Source: a virus
Taxonomy: Duplodnaviria > Caudoviricetes
Reading direction: 5' to 3' (one strand)
Virus record (IMG/VR): IMGVR_UViG_3300035492_000236
Length of the DNA stretch: 64,000 bases
The translations under genes were made by a program, and so were the position numbers. The notes below the pieces were generated by a model. That model saw only the letters and a program-made list of their open reading frames with translations, was not told the origin of the DNA and made no database searches. Positions 20,371 through 29,365 of the stretch are shown here, in pieces (the first letter of the stretch is position 1; each line of letters begins with the position of its first letter).

Positions 20371-21639
20371 TTATTGAAACTTGGCGGCGGCAGCAAACAG
20401 GTCGTTGTTTGCCAGACGCTCTAATGATTGTTGGAATTCCATGCGCTTGCGCGACTCGTTGCCGGAAGGGATCACGTACAACCACATGGCTTCAAACAGG
20501 GTGGGTTTGTCCTTCACTACTTTACTGATAGCGCGGATGGCGTCCAGGTCCGCCAGAATCTCTTCCCGACGGTACGGTGCTAGCGACCGGTTTTTCAGCT
20601 CACTAACCATCTCTCGGTCGATGCGATCGAACCGCTCCCTGGGGTCGTCGTAGAGTTTGTCCATCGGCCGGGCGGCCAGCAACATGCCAATGTTAGCGAT
20701 CAAAGTAAGCGGACTACCATATGCGGCCACGGCGGTGCTGGCAATGAATGCCACTGTCTTAAGCAGTTCGATGGTCACATGCAGTGGCCAGGACATGTAT
20801 GCGGGATTGAGCCACTGACTCCGATGCAGTTTATCCAGGGAAGTGATCAGGTACTTACCTGCACCATGGCGCACTGCAAACTGGTCGGCGGAGAACTCAA
20901 ATGCCCGGTACGAGTAAACCTCATCTCCTTCTTCATTGCGACGCTGCTTCATCGTCTCACACACCAGGTGGGTATGCAACGTACCGCGATTGTCAGACGT
21001 AACTACTGTTTCTTTATCAGGAACAGTGATGCCCATGTGCTTGTCATAATCGAGCAGCACCTCGATCCGGTCTACATTCCGCTCCAGTTTGAGGATGCGT
21101 TCGACCGCTGCCGTGATAGCGTAATTGGCACTGACCAAATCGATGAGGCGCTCAAAATAACTGGACAGGTGACCCATCTCATGCAGAATGATGGCAGCGA
21201 TCTCATGGTCACTGAACTTGTTATTCTTCAGCAGGCCAGTCGACAGATTCACTACAGACGTCAGTTTAGTGAAGTCACCATACACCTTGCCGTCTTTACG
21301 GTCATAGATTCCAGAGAACCGCCCCTTGACGAATTTGCGCACCGACTCCAGATCGTCGTTAGTAGCATAAATCCGCATAAAGTTAGCCCACAGCGGATGG
21401 TTCTTATCCAGTTGCGGCACCCGCACGCTGGCATCAACGAACGGCAGATTGATGATGTTGAACTTCACGGAGATGCCAGTGTGGTCTTCAATAAGGCTAG
21501 GCATACCACGCTCAGCGAAAACGGCGTCCGTGAATTCACCCGCTCGTCGAATCTCGCCGATCATAGCGGCTAGCGGCTCAAACAGCTTGGCTGAAGATTG
21601 AAAGTCTATGGCTTCAGCAGCCACCCATGATTTCTTCAT
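20371..21639 (-). CDS. Virion head protein with zinc-metalloprotease motif (phiKZ gp84-like; M48/zincin-like)
   Basis: Likely start MKKSWVAAEA (alternative start 21654). Contains AAIILHEMGH (HExxH), a downstream EFSADQFA and a hydrophobic segment. Confidence 0.7.
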   Translation of the reverse strand: MKKSWVAAEAIDFQSSAKLFEPLAAMIGEIRRAGEFTDAVFAERGMPSLIEDHTGISVKFNIINLPFVDASVRVPQLDKNHPLWANFMRIYATNDDLESVRKFVKGRFSGIYDRKDGKVYGDFTKLTSVVNLSTGLLKNNKFSDHEIAAIILHEMGHLSSYFERLIDLVSANYAITAAVERILKLERNVDRIEVLLDYDKHMGITVPDKETVVTSDNRGTLHTHLVCETMKQRRNEEGDEVYSYRAFEFSADQFAVRHGAGKYLITSLDKLHRSQWLNPAYMSWPLHVTIELLKTVAFIASTAVAAYGSPLTLIANIGMLLAARPMDKLYDDPRERFDRIDREMVSELKNRSLAPYRREEILADLDAIRAISKVVKDKPTLFEAMWLYVIPSGNESRKRMEFQQSLERLANNDLFAAAAKFQ

Positions 21640-21654
21640 GTTAGTTGTTTCCAT

Positions 21655-22953
21655 TTAAAGGTTGGTGATGATGCCCAAGATTCTGGTTTTACTGATGCTA
21701 GACATCAGTTGACGACACGCATCACTGTAGCGGCCCGCCATCAACACCACCGGCAAAATCTGGTTGGAGATTTCCGTCAGGGATTTCATGTGTTCCTTGA
21801 ACGACTGTTCTTGGTGTTTGAATTCCTGTTTGTTCCAGAACTCGCTCTTGGCATCTTTGCGACGGCGGACACTGCGCAGTTTGCTAACGATAGTGGTGTT
21901 GTCGATGTCGAGTTTTCCTGGACCCTCCAGATCTACATCTGCGAGTTTAGTGTCGGGCATTTCTACCCCATCGCCAGGACGGTAGCTGAACTTGCGTCGA
22001 GACAACTCCTTTGCCTTCTCGAACTCCTTAGATCCGCGAAGACCTTGGATGCGTTCAACCCGTTTGCGAAGATCGACCACCTTGTGACCGAGCTCACCCA
22101 CACGCAGGCCGGCCTGTTGTCCATTCGATGCATTCAGTACGTCACTGGCTTGCTTAAGGCAATCAGTCAACCCATCAAAAACGCTCGAAACATCGCGAAG
22201 GATACCAGGGAGCCTATCGCCATAAACGGTCCCAATCATCACTGCACCAGAAACTGGGCGATTGGACGCCAGGGCTCCAGCCATGTGAGGTGACTTGCGG
22301 TAGATCGGACCATTTACGATAGTCTCGAACTCCTTCTTGAAGTTCTTGGTGCTGATCTTTTCGTTCTTGCGAACCAGTACTTGCATCAGGGCAATCTTGT
22401 TAACGTCTGTCTCATTAAACAAGTACTCAACCACTGCCTTATTGAGGTCCTTGTCATCGGTACGCGGGTTGAGTGTTGCATTACGCATCTTCTCGCCAGA
22501 GTCCGCCACGGCCTTGCTGAGTTTGGCATGATAATCATTCATCAGTTTAAAGTGGTCATTAACTGCACTCTGGTACTCCTTGCCCAAGTTACCACCGCCG
22601 ACCTTACTGTCACCACCACTACCACCACCAGAAAGTTTACCCACGATCCAGTCAATCAGTTTACCAACCGCATAGCCAACACCGGCACCGATCACTGCCG
22701 CGCCAGCGATCTTACCGACCGCTTCCAACACCGACTCAACCGCCACGGTCTGTTGGGTTTTGGACGGGTAGGTGGTGAGCTTCCGGCGATCCACTTGCTT
22801 AAGGGCGCCTGGTAACACGGCTTCGATGACATCGTAGTCTTCAACACACACGCCAACGTGCTGCATTCGTTGGATGCGCGGGGCCAACGCACCCGCAATC
22901 ACCGATTTGTCGAAGTCAAACGCCTCGACCGCGACAGAAAAATCCTCAGTCAT
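21655..22953 (-). CDS. Internal head protein, paralogue of the 18381-19922 gene
   Basis: 432 aa. AxE sites VAVEAF and VAVESV, then GAAVIGAGVGYAVGKLIDWIVGKLSGGGSGG. Confidence 0.65.
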   Translation of the reverse strand: MTEDFSVAVEAFDFDKSVIAGALAPRIQRMQHVGVCVEDYDVIEAVLPGALKQVDRRKLTTYPSKTQQTVAVESVLEAVGKIAGAAVIGAGVGYAVGKLIDWIVGKLSGGGSGGDSKVGGGNLGKEYQSAVNDHFKLMNDYHAKLSKAVADSGEKMRNATLNPRTDDKDLNKAVVEYLFNETDVNKIALMQVLVRKNEKISTKNFKKEFETIVNGPIYRKSPHMAGALASNRPVSGAVMIGTVYGDRLPGILRDVSSVFDGLTDCLKQASDVLNASNGQQAGLRVGELGHKVVDLRKRVERIQGLRGSKEFEKAKELSRRKFSYRPGDGVEMPDTKLADVDLEGPGKLDIDNTTIVSKLRSVRRRKDAKSEFWNKQEFKHQEQSFKEHMKSLTEISNQILPVVLMAGRYSDACRQLMSSISKTRILGIITNL

Positions 22954-23041
22954 CTCTTGCTCCGTTAATTAATTAAGAGGGTTGCCAATCATACGTTATC
23001 GACAATCGACAAAAAAATAATCTCGTCAGGGGTATCGTGTA

Positions 23042-24450
23042 ATGGTCAAAATACCACCCGATCAAATCAAAGGTATCGAGTGTAAACATGTGGCATACCA
23101 GCAGTCCATCGACCGCTCGGAAAATGACATGCTACTCGTAAAGGAAGTGGTACACACAAAAGATGGTCAACAGATCCCACGCATTAAGCTGATGGAGAAT
23201 TTCAAGCGGCCAGTTTACGTTACCAAGAAACCTTATCGGAACCACGAAGACAAAAAAGAATACGAAGAAGAAAGTAAACTCGACCGGTACGATTGCACCC
23301 AGGCAGGCATGTCGACCACGCTACAACGGGCATTGGGTTTCAGCGTACCCAATCCCGCGAAGCAGCTGCGTGAGGTGTGTCGCAGTCCTTATATCTACAA
23401 CGCGGACCTGAACTCCACCACCATTGTGAAAGCCGCCTACAAACGTAAATGGCCCGACGTGGTGTCATTGAGTAAGGTGGCTGTACTCGATATCGAGACC
23501 GATGTGTTGTACGGGACTGGTGAGCCTATCATGGTATCAGTGACCATGGGCAAGCATAAAGTCATCGCGTTTGCGGATTGGTGGGCGGCAAAAGTCCACA
23601 ACCTCGAAGGGCGGCTAAAAGAACGGTACGCACACCACCTGTCAGCGGTCACCATCTACGGCAAAAAGAAAGGCACCTACGTTACTCGTAACTTGGTGGA
23701 AGAGACCGGGTCAGACATTACCGTCATTGCGGATTGCAATATTGCTGAAGGTCTTCGTCGGGTGATGGAGTTAGTGCATCAATGGATGCCAGACTTCTTG
23801 GCCATCTGGAACATCGACTTCGACTTACCGCACTTGTTGCGGATGTTAGATAAGTACAACGTCCCGTATGAGGACGTGTTTGTGGATCCGTCAGTACCAC
23901 AACGGTATCGTCGCGTGTGGTATAAGCAAGCCAAAGCCGTGCGCGAGACCAACTCCAAAAGCATTGCCCAACACCCGGCCGACCTTTGGCACGTGTTGTT
24001 TTGTTTGGCAGGCTTCTACACCGTAGATGCCATGGCAGTGTTCAAGAAGATACGGACCGCGTTAGGGAACGAACCGGACTACAAACTGGAAAACGTGTTA
24101 AGGCGACACCTGGGTATTGGTAAACTGCGGATTCCGGAGTGTAAGACCGACCCCGAACAGGGCCTACCCTGGCACGTGGAGATGCAGCGGGATTTCCCGA
24201 TCGATTATGCTGTCTACTGTATGTTCGACTGTATCTCCATCGAACTGCTAGATCAGCGTACCGGCGACTTGGCAGTTACCCTGCCAGTGTTGTGTGGCAT
24301 TAGTGACTTTGCGATTTTCCCTTCACTACCGAAACGGCTGGTAGATAACCTCACCTACTTCTATCGTGACCGTGGTCTGATTCCTGGATGTGTGGGGGCA
24401 GACATCACCACCGACGAAGACGAGGGGGTGATCTCTATGACTCAGTGGAT
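23042..24450 (+). CDS. Split family-B DNA polymerase, exonuclease/motif-A subunit (phiKZ gp82-like), exon 1
   Basis: ExoI VLDIETD, ExoII WNIDFDLPHL, ExoIII YCMFDC. The frame is interrupted at ...SMTQWI by a group I intron; the apparent stop at 24478 lies inside the intron. Confidence 0.85.
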
Positions 24451-24970
24451 AAACTGTATGAAAGCGTGTTTTGCGTAGCGTATTGGTTGCCGTATTGTAA
24501 CCATTGCCGCATTACTCGTTTTCAGTAACAACTGTCCCACCCTCGAGTGATTGGGGGTTGATCGATATCTAATTGCTGGAACATCCTAAAGCTCAAGACG
24601 CGACAACGTGACTCGAAAGGGTGAGCGTGACCGTTGCCGAAAGGCAGAAAAAAGACTTGAGATGCCCTATGCTTAAAGGAGTGCCCGTCGGGAGACGCGC
24701 CGCTAAGGGGTGATATAATGGATGATCAGCAGCCAAGGCTCTGTGGAACGTCGGGAGACGCGCTATGGGCAAGGTTCAACGACTATGGCCTAACTAGCCA
24801 GTACCTGCCAAGCGGCTGGGGAAATGGTATCCGCCTGCGGGTTGTATTCGATACAACAATGCGCAGGATGATAATATAGTCTGGACATCTGGGGAAACCC
24901 CAGAGCAGCGTCGCCGACCGGGAGGTCCGCGATGGCGGTTTGAGGTTAGCGGCCTCAAGCGAACATTTCG
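24451..24970 (+). ncRNA. Group I self-splicing intron (subgroup IA2), 520 nt, no homing endonuclease ORF
   Basis: P element AATTGCTGGAA (24571-81), Q ATCAGCAG (24725-32), R GTTCAACGACTA (24774-85), S AATATAGTCT (24873-82). P3 GATATC(24564-69)/GGTATC(24826-31); P7 GACTA/TAGTC; P8 CCTGCG/CGCAGG; P7.1 and P7.2 hairpins; P9 CTGGG-GAAA-CCCAG. Exon 1 ends in U, the intron ends in G, and splicing restores the frame QW-I-VTLPAH. Confidence 0.92.
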
Positions 24971-25307
24971 TGTAACATTACCTGCCCATATGGTGGAACT
25001 CAATGGTCTTAAATGCGTTGCAGAGATCCCCGAACTCACCACTACATTTCGGGCACAGACTGCTGACGATGATATCACACAGGCTTACCCTACTGGGGAA
25101 GTGATCATGAACGTCTCTAAGGAGACGACCTGTATCGAATTATGTGAGATCGAAGGCGTGTCGGAAGAAGCCCGGCGTCGTCAAGGCATCAACCTCACGG
25201 GTGGCAATACTAACGCCATCGAGATATGTAATGAATTGTTGAACATGCCGTACATCCACGATGTATTGGACGTATTTAAAGCTGACATTGAGGCAGGATT
25301 AGTATGA
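24971..25307 (+). CDS. Split family-B DNA polymerase exonuclease/motif-A subunit, exon 2
   Basis: In frame with exon 1 after splicing (1409+337 nt = 581 aa + stop). Carries PolB motif A variant ADDDITQAYPTG. The ORF track lists it as a separate 105 aa ORF from 24990. Confidence 0.88.
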
Positions 25308-25957
25308 AATCGTTTTTAGCGATGGCCATTGAGTCCCACGGTGGCAAGGAAGAAGAAAAAGAGTACAGTTACTTCGTTAAGCTCACTCAGGCGCAATTGA
25401 ACGACATCATTGCCATGGAAGGGGCGGTCGTAGGTAGCACCTTCTCCGAAACCAAACTGCCCTCAGAGAACGGACTGGCGTCGCGACTGCGGCGTTATCA
25501 GAAAGACGGGGTTGCTACTTATGAGCTCACAACTAAGGAGTACCACGGTGAGCACAAGACCAAACTGGAGACCAACGACACGCTGTCTGAAGCGAACTAC
25601 CGCTCGCTAATGCAGCTGGGCATCAGCACTAACGTGCGTAGCCGCATTCATCTGCCAGTTTACAAGCACGGTGAGCCGGTGATGAAGAAGCACGGCCCAC
25701 TGCAGTGGGAGTTTGATTTGTATCACGTCGCTGACGACAACCAAGTCAGTGCGTGGGCAAAAGTGGAGCTGGAAGTAGATGTGGTGGCATTTGGCGACAT
25801 TATCGACTTGATTCCGTTCGCGTACGATGACCTGATCCCCTCAGACTCCAGCAAGGAAGAAGACCGGGCCTTTATTGCACACCTCTACGCCAACGTCTAC
25901 GACGTGTCTAAAAACCCAACTAGTGCTGCAGAAGAAGACGTGCTCACGTTCTCGTGA
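25304..25957 (+). CDS. CYTH-like (triphosphate tunnel metalloenzyme) protein
   Basis: 217 aa. Motif series EKEYSYFVK (ExExK-like), RLRR...YELTTK...KLETN, WEFDLY, KVELEV; ATGA-coupled to polymerase exon 2. Confidence 0.6.
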   Translation: MKSFLAMAIESHGGKEEEKEYSYFVKLTQAQLNDIIAMEGAVVGSTFSETKLPSENGLASRLRRYQKDGVATYELTTKEYHGEHKTKLETNDTLSEANYRSLMQLGISTNVRSRIHLPVYKHGEPVMKKHGPLQWEFDLYHVADDNQVSAWAKVELEVDVVAFGDIIDLIPFAYDDLIPSDSSKEEDRAFIAHLYANVYDVSKNPTSAAEEDVLTFS

Positions 25958-25966
25958 CACATAACA

Positions 25967-25996
25967 CCCTCTAGGAGCCTGCGGGCTCCTAGAGGG
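25967..25996. terminator. Hairpin terminator between convergent genes
   Basis: 13-bp stem CCCTCTAGGAGCC/GGCTCCTAGAGGG with a 4-nt loop. Confidence 0.7.
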
Positions 25997-26005
25997 GACG
26001 TCTAT

Positions 26006-26605
26006 TTATTTGCTAGGGAAGAAGCCAGCGAATGCTTTGGCTGCCGCTTCGTTTTTCACGTGGCGCAGCGCATACTCAACGTCTTTCATCGCACGGATCT
26101 TGGTGGGATCCTCCAGACGAACGTAACAGGTCAGCAGATCCAGCACGCCCACGAAGGTTTCCCGGTCGGCGGTGGTTTTGATACCATTAGCATATCGATA
26201 CAGGATCGTCGGGGCAAAGGCACCGGCCTTGTCGTTCTTGATCGCATTAACCAGCGTATCAAAGATACCACGCAGCTCGCCATTGTTCAGGGTGAACATG
26301 TTACGTACCGCAGTGACCAGGCCGGAGGTAGCCAGTTGGGTATCTTTGGTGTCGCCGGAAGCCACGCCGCACTTGGCAGCATAATCGGCGATTTGAGCCT
26401 TGATGATCTTAACCCGCTCCGGATTAGAGGCGGTATCTGCACCAGCCTGTTTGCGGAACATACCTGCCGGGGCGGCATTTTCGGAACGGGTGGCTTTCTG
26501 TTGCTGCTCCCGTTCACGCTCCTGGCGGCGATCCTGACGACGCTCAGGTTGATTGCGCTCTTCCTGATTGGGCTGTTCTTCGATCTTCTCGATATCGTCA
26601 CTCAT
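26006..26605 (-). CDS. Hypothetical protein with charged low-complexity N-terminus
   Basis: 199 aa. E/R/Q-rich first ~45 aa followed by a helical domain; RBS AAGGA. Confidence 0.75.
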   Translation of the reverse strand: MSDDIEKIEEQPNQEERNQPERRQDRRQEREREQQQKATRSENAAPAGMFRKQAGADTASNPERVKIIKAQIADYAAKCGVASGDTKDTQLATSGLVTAVRNMFTLNNGELRGIFDTLVNAIKNDKAGAFAPTILYRYANGIKTTADRETFVGVLDLLTCYVRLEDPTKIRAMKDVEYALRHVKNEAAAKAFAGFFPSK

Positions 26606-26625
26606 GACTATTCGTCCTTTTACGG

Positions 26626-27912
26626 TTAACTGATGTGTAGTTCAGGTTTATACTCGGCCACTGCCAGCTCAATGCCGTGCATAGACGACATATACGCGAG
26701 CATGATGCCGGAACCCAGTTCAGAGATTTCTGCTGCGGCAGCACTAGGATCGCGCGCCAGCGCCTCCACCGCACAAGCCGAACAGTAGTCATCGTCTGGC
26801 TGTTGACATAAGATAGGGCGACGTAGGCCCACCACTTTATTAAAGTGACGTTCAGCACTTTCTTCCGTCAGGCGCTCAGTGGTGCTACCAACCACCACGT
26901 TCATGTTCTGATATGGCTTCCAATTGTCCTTGGTGAGGATGAACTTATGCACTCGCTTGGTGCCACAGTCCCCCTTGATAACCCGTAGACTTTGGAACAT
27001 TCGCTGCAGCAAGGTAACCTTCTCACCACCCTTAGCGGTGTTCAGGCCTCGGTCCAACGAACCTTCACGGGTGGAGTTGTACAGTTCCGGCAGGTGCTTC
27101 ATGTCCCAACCCTCGTTCAGGGACTTCGACACGAACGTGAATCCACCATCCTCGCGGAAGGCACTTTCCACCCCCGACATCACGAACATTTTCTTTCGCT
27201 TAACCGAGTAGTCTTTGCCGCTGAGGTAGAAGCCGGCGGCGTCATCGTCTTTAAGCCATTCCTTATCAAGCGCCACCAATTCATCTTGGATCTTTGCAAT
27301 GACCGACTGATCATTCAACTGGTCCTTGTATTTCTCAATGAGTTCGTCACGGCGCTTCGCCATTTCAGGGTGTGTGGTCAGGGACTTGGTTGACCCAGTC
27401 GGGGTAATGTACGGACACAGGCTGGTCAGTTCAAACATGGCCTTAACAAACCGAGACACCTCACTGGGGTAAAATTTGTCAGGTGCCCGGTCTTCCTCAC
27501 GCTCAGGCTCATCGACCACGCGATTGATAAACTGCTTAACTAAATCACCGGCCGTCACCTTGTGCTGAAAGGGGAGCTTCTTCCCAAACGCATAGTGCAC
27601 TACCATATAGTTAAACAAGGCCCGGCCATAGGTTGTTTCCATTTTACTGTCGTGGTTAGGCAGATCGCCAACCTCAAAGGTGGCTAGTCCACGGTTATCC
27701 AAAATAGGGTCCGTGCTGGGAATGCCCTCTAGCTTCTCCCATGACTGCTCTGGCGTGTACCAATACACACCGTCGGATCGGTAGTCGACATCGTACGGTT
27801 CGAGCTCGTGATCGGTCGGCAGTCGAGACACAGAAAATAAGCTGATGCGCCATGCCCGCCACTTCCACCGGTCAGCCAGGCAGCCGCGGACAAACAATTC
27901 ATGCGGTGTCAT
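26626..27912 (-). CDS. rpoC: Virion RNA polymerase beta-prime C-terminal subunit (phiKZ gp80-like)
   Basis: Start reassigned to MTPHELFVRG (27912). Bridge-helix-like GLNTAKGGE; zinc ligands DCGT and RPILC...YCSAC; trigger-loop-like MSSMHG. Confidence 0.8.
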   Translation of the reverse strand: MTPHELFVRGCLADRWKWRAWRISLFSVSRLPTDHELEPYDVDYRSDGVYWYTPEQSWEKLEGIPSTDPILDNRGLATFEVGDLPNHDSKMETTYGRALFNYMVVHYAFGKKLPFQHKVTAGDLVKQFINRVVDEPEREEDRAPDKFYPSEVSRFVKAMFELTSLCPYITPTGSTKSLTTHPEMAKRRDELIEKYKDQLNDQSVIAKIQDELVALDKEWLKDDDAAGFYLSGKDYSVKRKKMFVMSGVESAFREDGGFTFVSKSLNEGWDMKHLPELYNSTREGSLDRGLNTAKGGEKVTLLQRMFQSLRVIKGDCGTKRVHKFILTKDNWKPYQNMNVVVGSTTERLTEESAERHFNKVVGLRRPILCQQPDDDYCSACAVEALARDPSAAAAEISELGSGIMLAYMSSMHGIELAVAEYKPELHIS

Positions 27913-28762
27913 GCTCCACATCCTCAGTAGGTTGGTACAAAGTCTCGAGGGCGGACAGTACCGCTTTAGAGATCGCAATACGCTCAGGCAAGTCGTCAGT
28001 ATGTGACAGCAATTCGACGTAATGATCAACCATCTCGCTTGCTGCAAGCAGGGTGTCGTTCTTCACATACAGCAGGCCGGTAACTGCTAACGCCACCTCC
28101 TCTTGGTAGTTAGCGGAGGTCAGCCGGTCAATTTCGATCTGCGTTAACAATTCGTCCATAGGGGCGCTGTAGCCACCGTCATCTAACACGTCAGTGATCA
28201 CATTGTCTGGATACGTGGCGATGAAGGTGGCGGCACGCGTGGCTGCCTCTGCGTCCACATGATCGATGGTGGTATCGCTAAGCAGTTTGGCCACTAAGAT
28301 ACTGTGAACAATTCGCATCAGTTTCGGACTCACTGCTTCGATGATATCAATGTAGTCGCTGTCGAAACCACCTACCACAAACGCCACCAAGTTCGCCATC
28401 ATGATCGACTCAGGTTCGCCCGATTCATAGATAGCCATCAGCGACTCATAATCGTCGAATGCTTCCAAGTCGCCCAACAACACTTTGATAACTTCCAGTG
28501 CAGCGCGTGGTGATGCATACACAGACTCAGTGCTGACAGTTACCCCTAATCGCATTAGCAGTTCAGCAGCACCCCCACAGATCAGACTTTCGGTAGGGAG
28601 AATGATGTCCGCTACGGCGTCATTTTGCGCCACTAACGTAAGCACTTCATTCAAGTGCTCTTCGTAACCGACGTCATACAACTGTTCGGTCAGTTCCATT
28701 AAAACCTCAACTCGCTCGGGACTGCGCCCATCTTCCAATATAGATCGGTATAACTCGAGCAT
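27899..28762 (-). CDS. Acidic conserved protein (phiKZ gp79-like by synteny)
   Basis: 287 aa, acidic and helical; overlaps the start of the vRNAP subunit gene. Confidence 0.6.
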   Translation of the reverse strand: MLELYRSILEDGRSPERVEVLMELTEQLYDVGYEEHLNEVLTLVAQNDAVADIILPTESLICGGAAELLMRLGVTVSTESVYASPRAALEVIKVLLGDLEAFDDYESLMAIYESGEPESIMMANLVAFVVGGFDSDYIDIIEAVSPKLMRIVHSILVAKLLSDTTIDHVDAEAATRAATFIATYPDNVITDVLDDGGYSAPMDELLTQIEIDRLTSANYQEEVALAVTGLLYVKNDTLLAASEMVDHYVELLSHTDDLPERIAISKAVLSALETLYQPTEDVEHDTA

Positions 28763-28889
28763 CTCATTATTCCACTTTATGGTTAAAATTTAGGCACGGT
28801 GGCCATCATACGTACCTATTTCATAGAATGACCCTCGACTTGTCATATATACGTTATTTTACGTCGAGGCCTAACACGCAAGGTGTACC

Positions 28890-29351
28890 ATGAGAAAAAA
28901 TGAACAGCGCAGGCCCCGCCCGTCAAGAAAGACTCGCAACAAAAGCTACCGCAGTCCTGAGCCAAGACTGGACATCGATAGCAAAGGCGCACACAACCGT
29001 GAGGTTATGTTTCAATTGCGTGCATGTGATGAGTTTATTGATCAAGTCAATGGAACGTTACAGGTCTTTGCTAAACGTATTGACCGCGATGGTCGGACCG
29101 CACTGGGCGAGTACCACAACGAGTGTGTGACCATCCTCGACACTATCAACGATGACCTGCACGATTTCTGCAGCAAGCTCAAGCCGCTGCAACAACAGGC
29201 CAAAAGTTTCATGGATAACCCGCAAGGTGAAGCCTGGGAATGGACCATGAATACTCATTCCATCTGTGAGTCGCTGAACCTGCTCCGCGACCAGTACGTT
29301 ACCCTGTATATGGCCAACTACAACTCCCTGATGGATCAACTCGATCGCTAA
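28890..29351 (+). CDS. Hypothetical coiled-coil protein
   Basis: 153 aa with a basic N-terminus and a helical body. Confidence 0.7.
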   Translation: MRKNEQRRPRPSRKTRNKSYRSPEPRLDIDSKGAHNREVMFQLRACDEFIDQVNGTLQVFAKRIDRDGRTALGEYHNECVTILDTINDDLHDFCSKLKPLQQQAKSFMDNPQGEAWEWTMNTHSICESLNLLRDQYVTLYMANYNSLMDQLDR

Positions 29352-29365
29352 CTGAGGATACATTA

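Noticed and set aside
24794-25078. 94 aa minus-strand ORF overlapping the intron, considered as a homing endonuclease
   Set aside because: Wrong strand, no HNH, GIY-YIG or LAGLIDADG motif, and it overlaps the ribozyme core and exon 2.
24990-25307. Independent 105 aa protein
   Set aside because: Better explained as exon 2 of the polymerase subunit; it is in frame after splicing and carries motif A.
27913-28047. N-terminal extension of the virion RNAP subunit in the ORF track
   Set aside because: Overlaps the upstream gene in another frame; ATG 27912 with RBS GAGGA is the better start.
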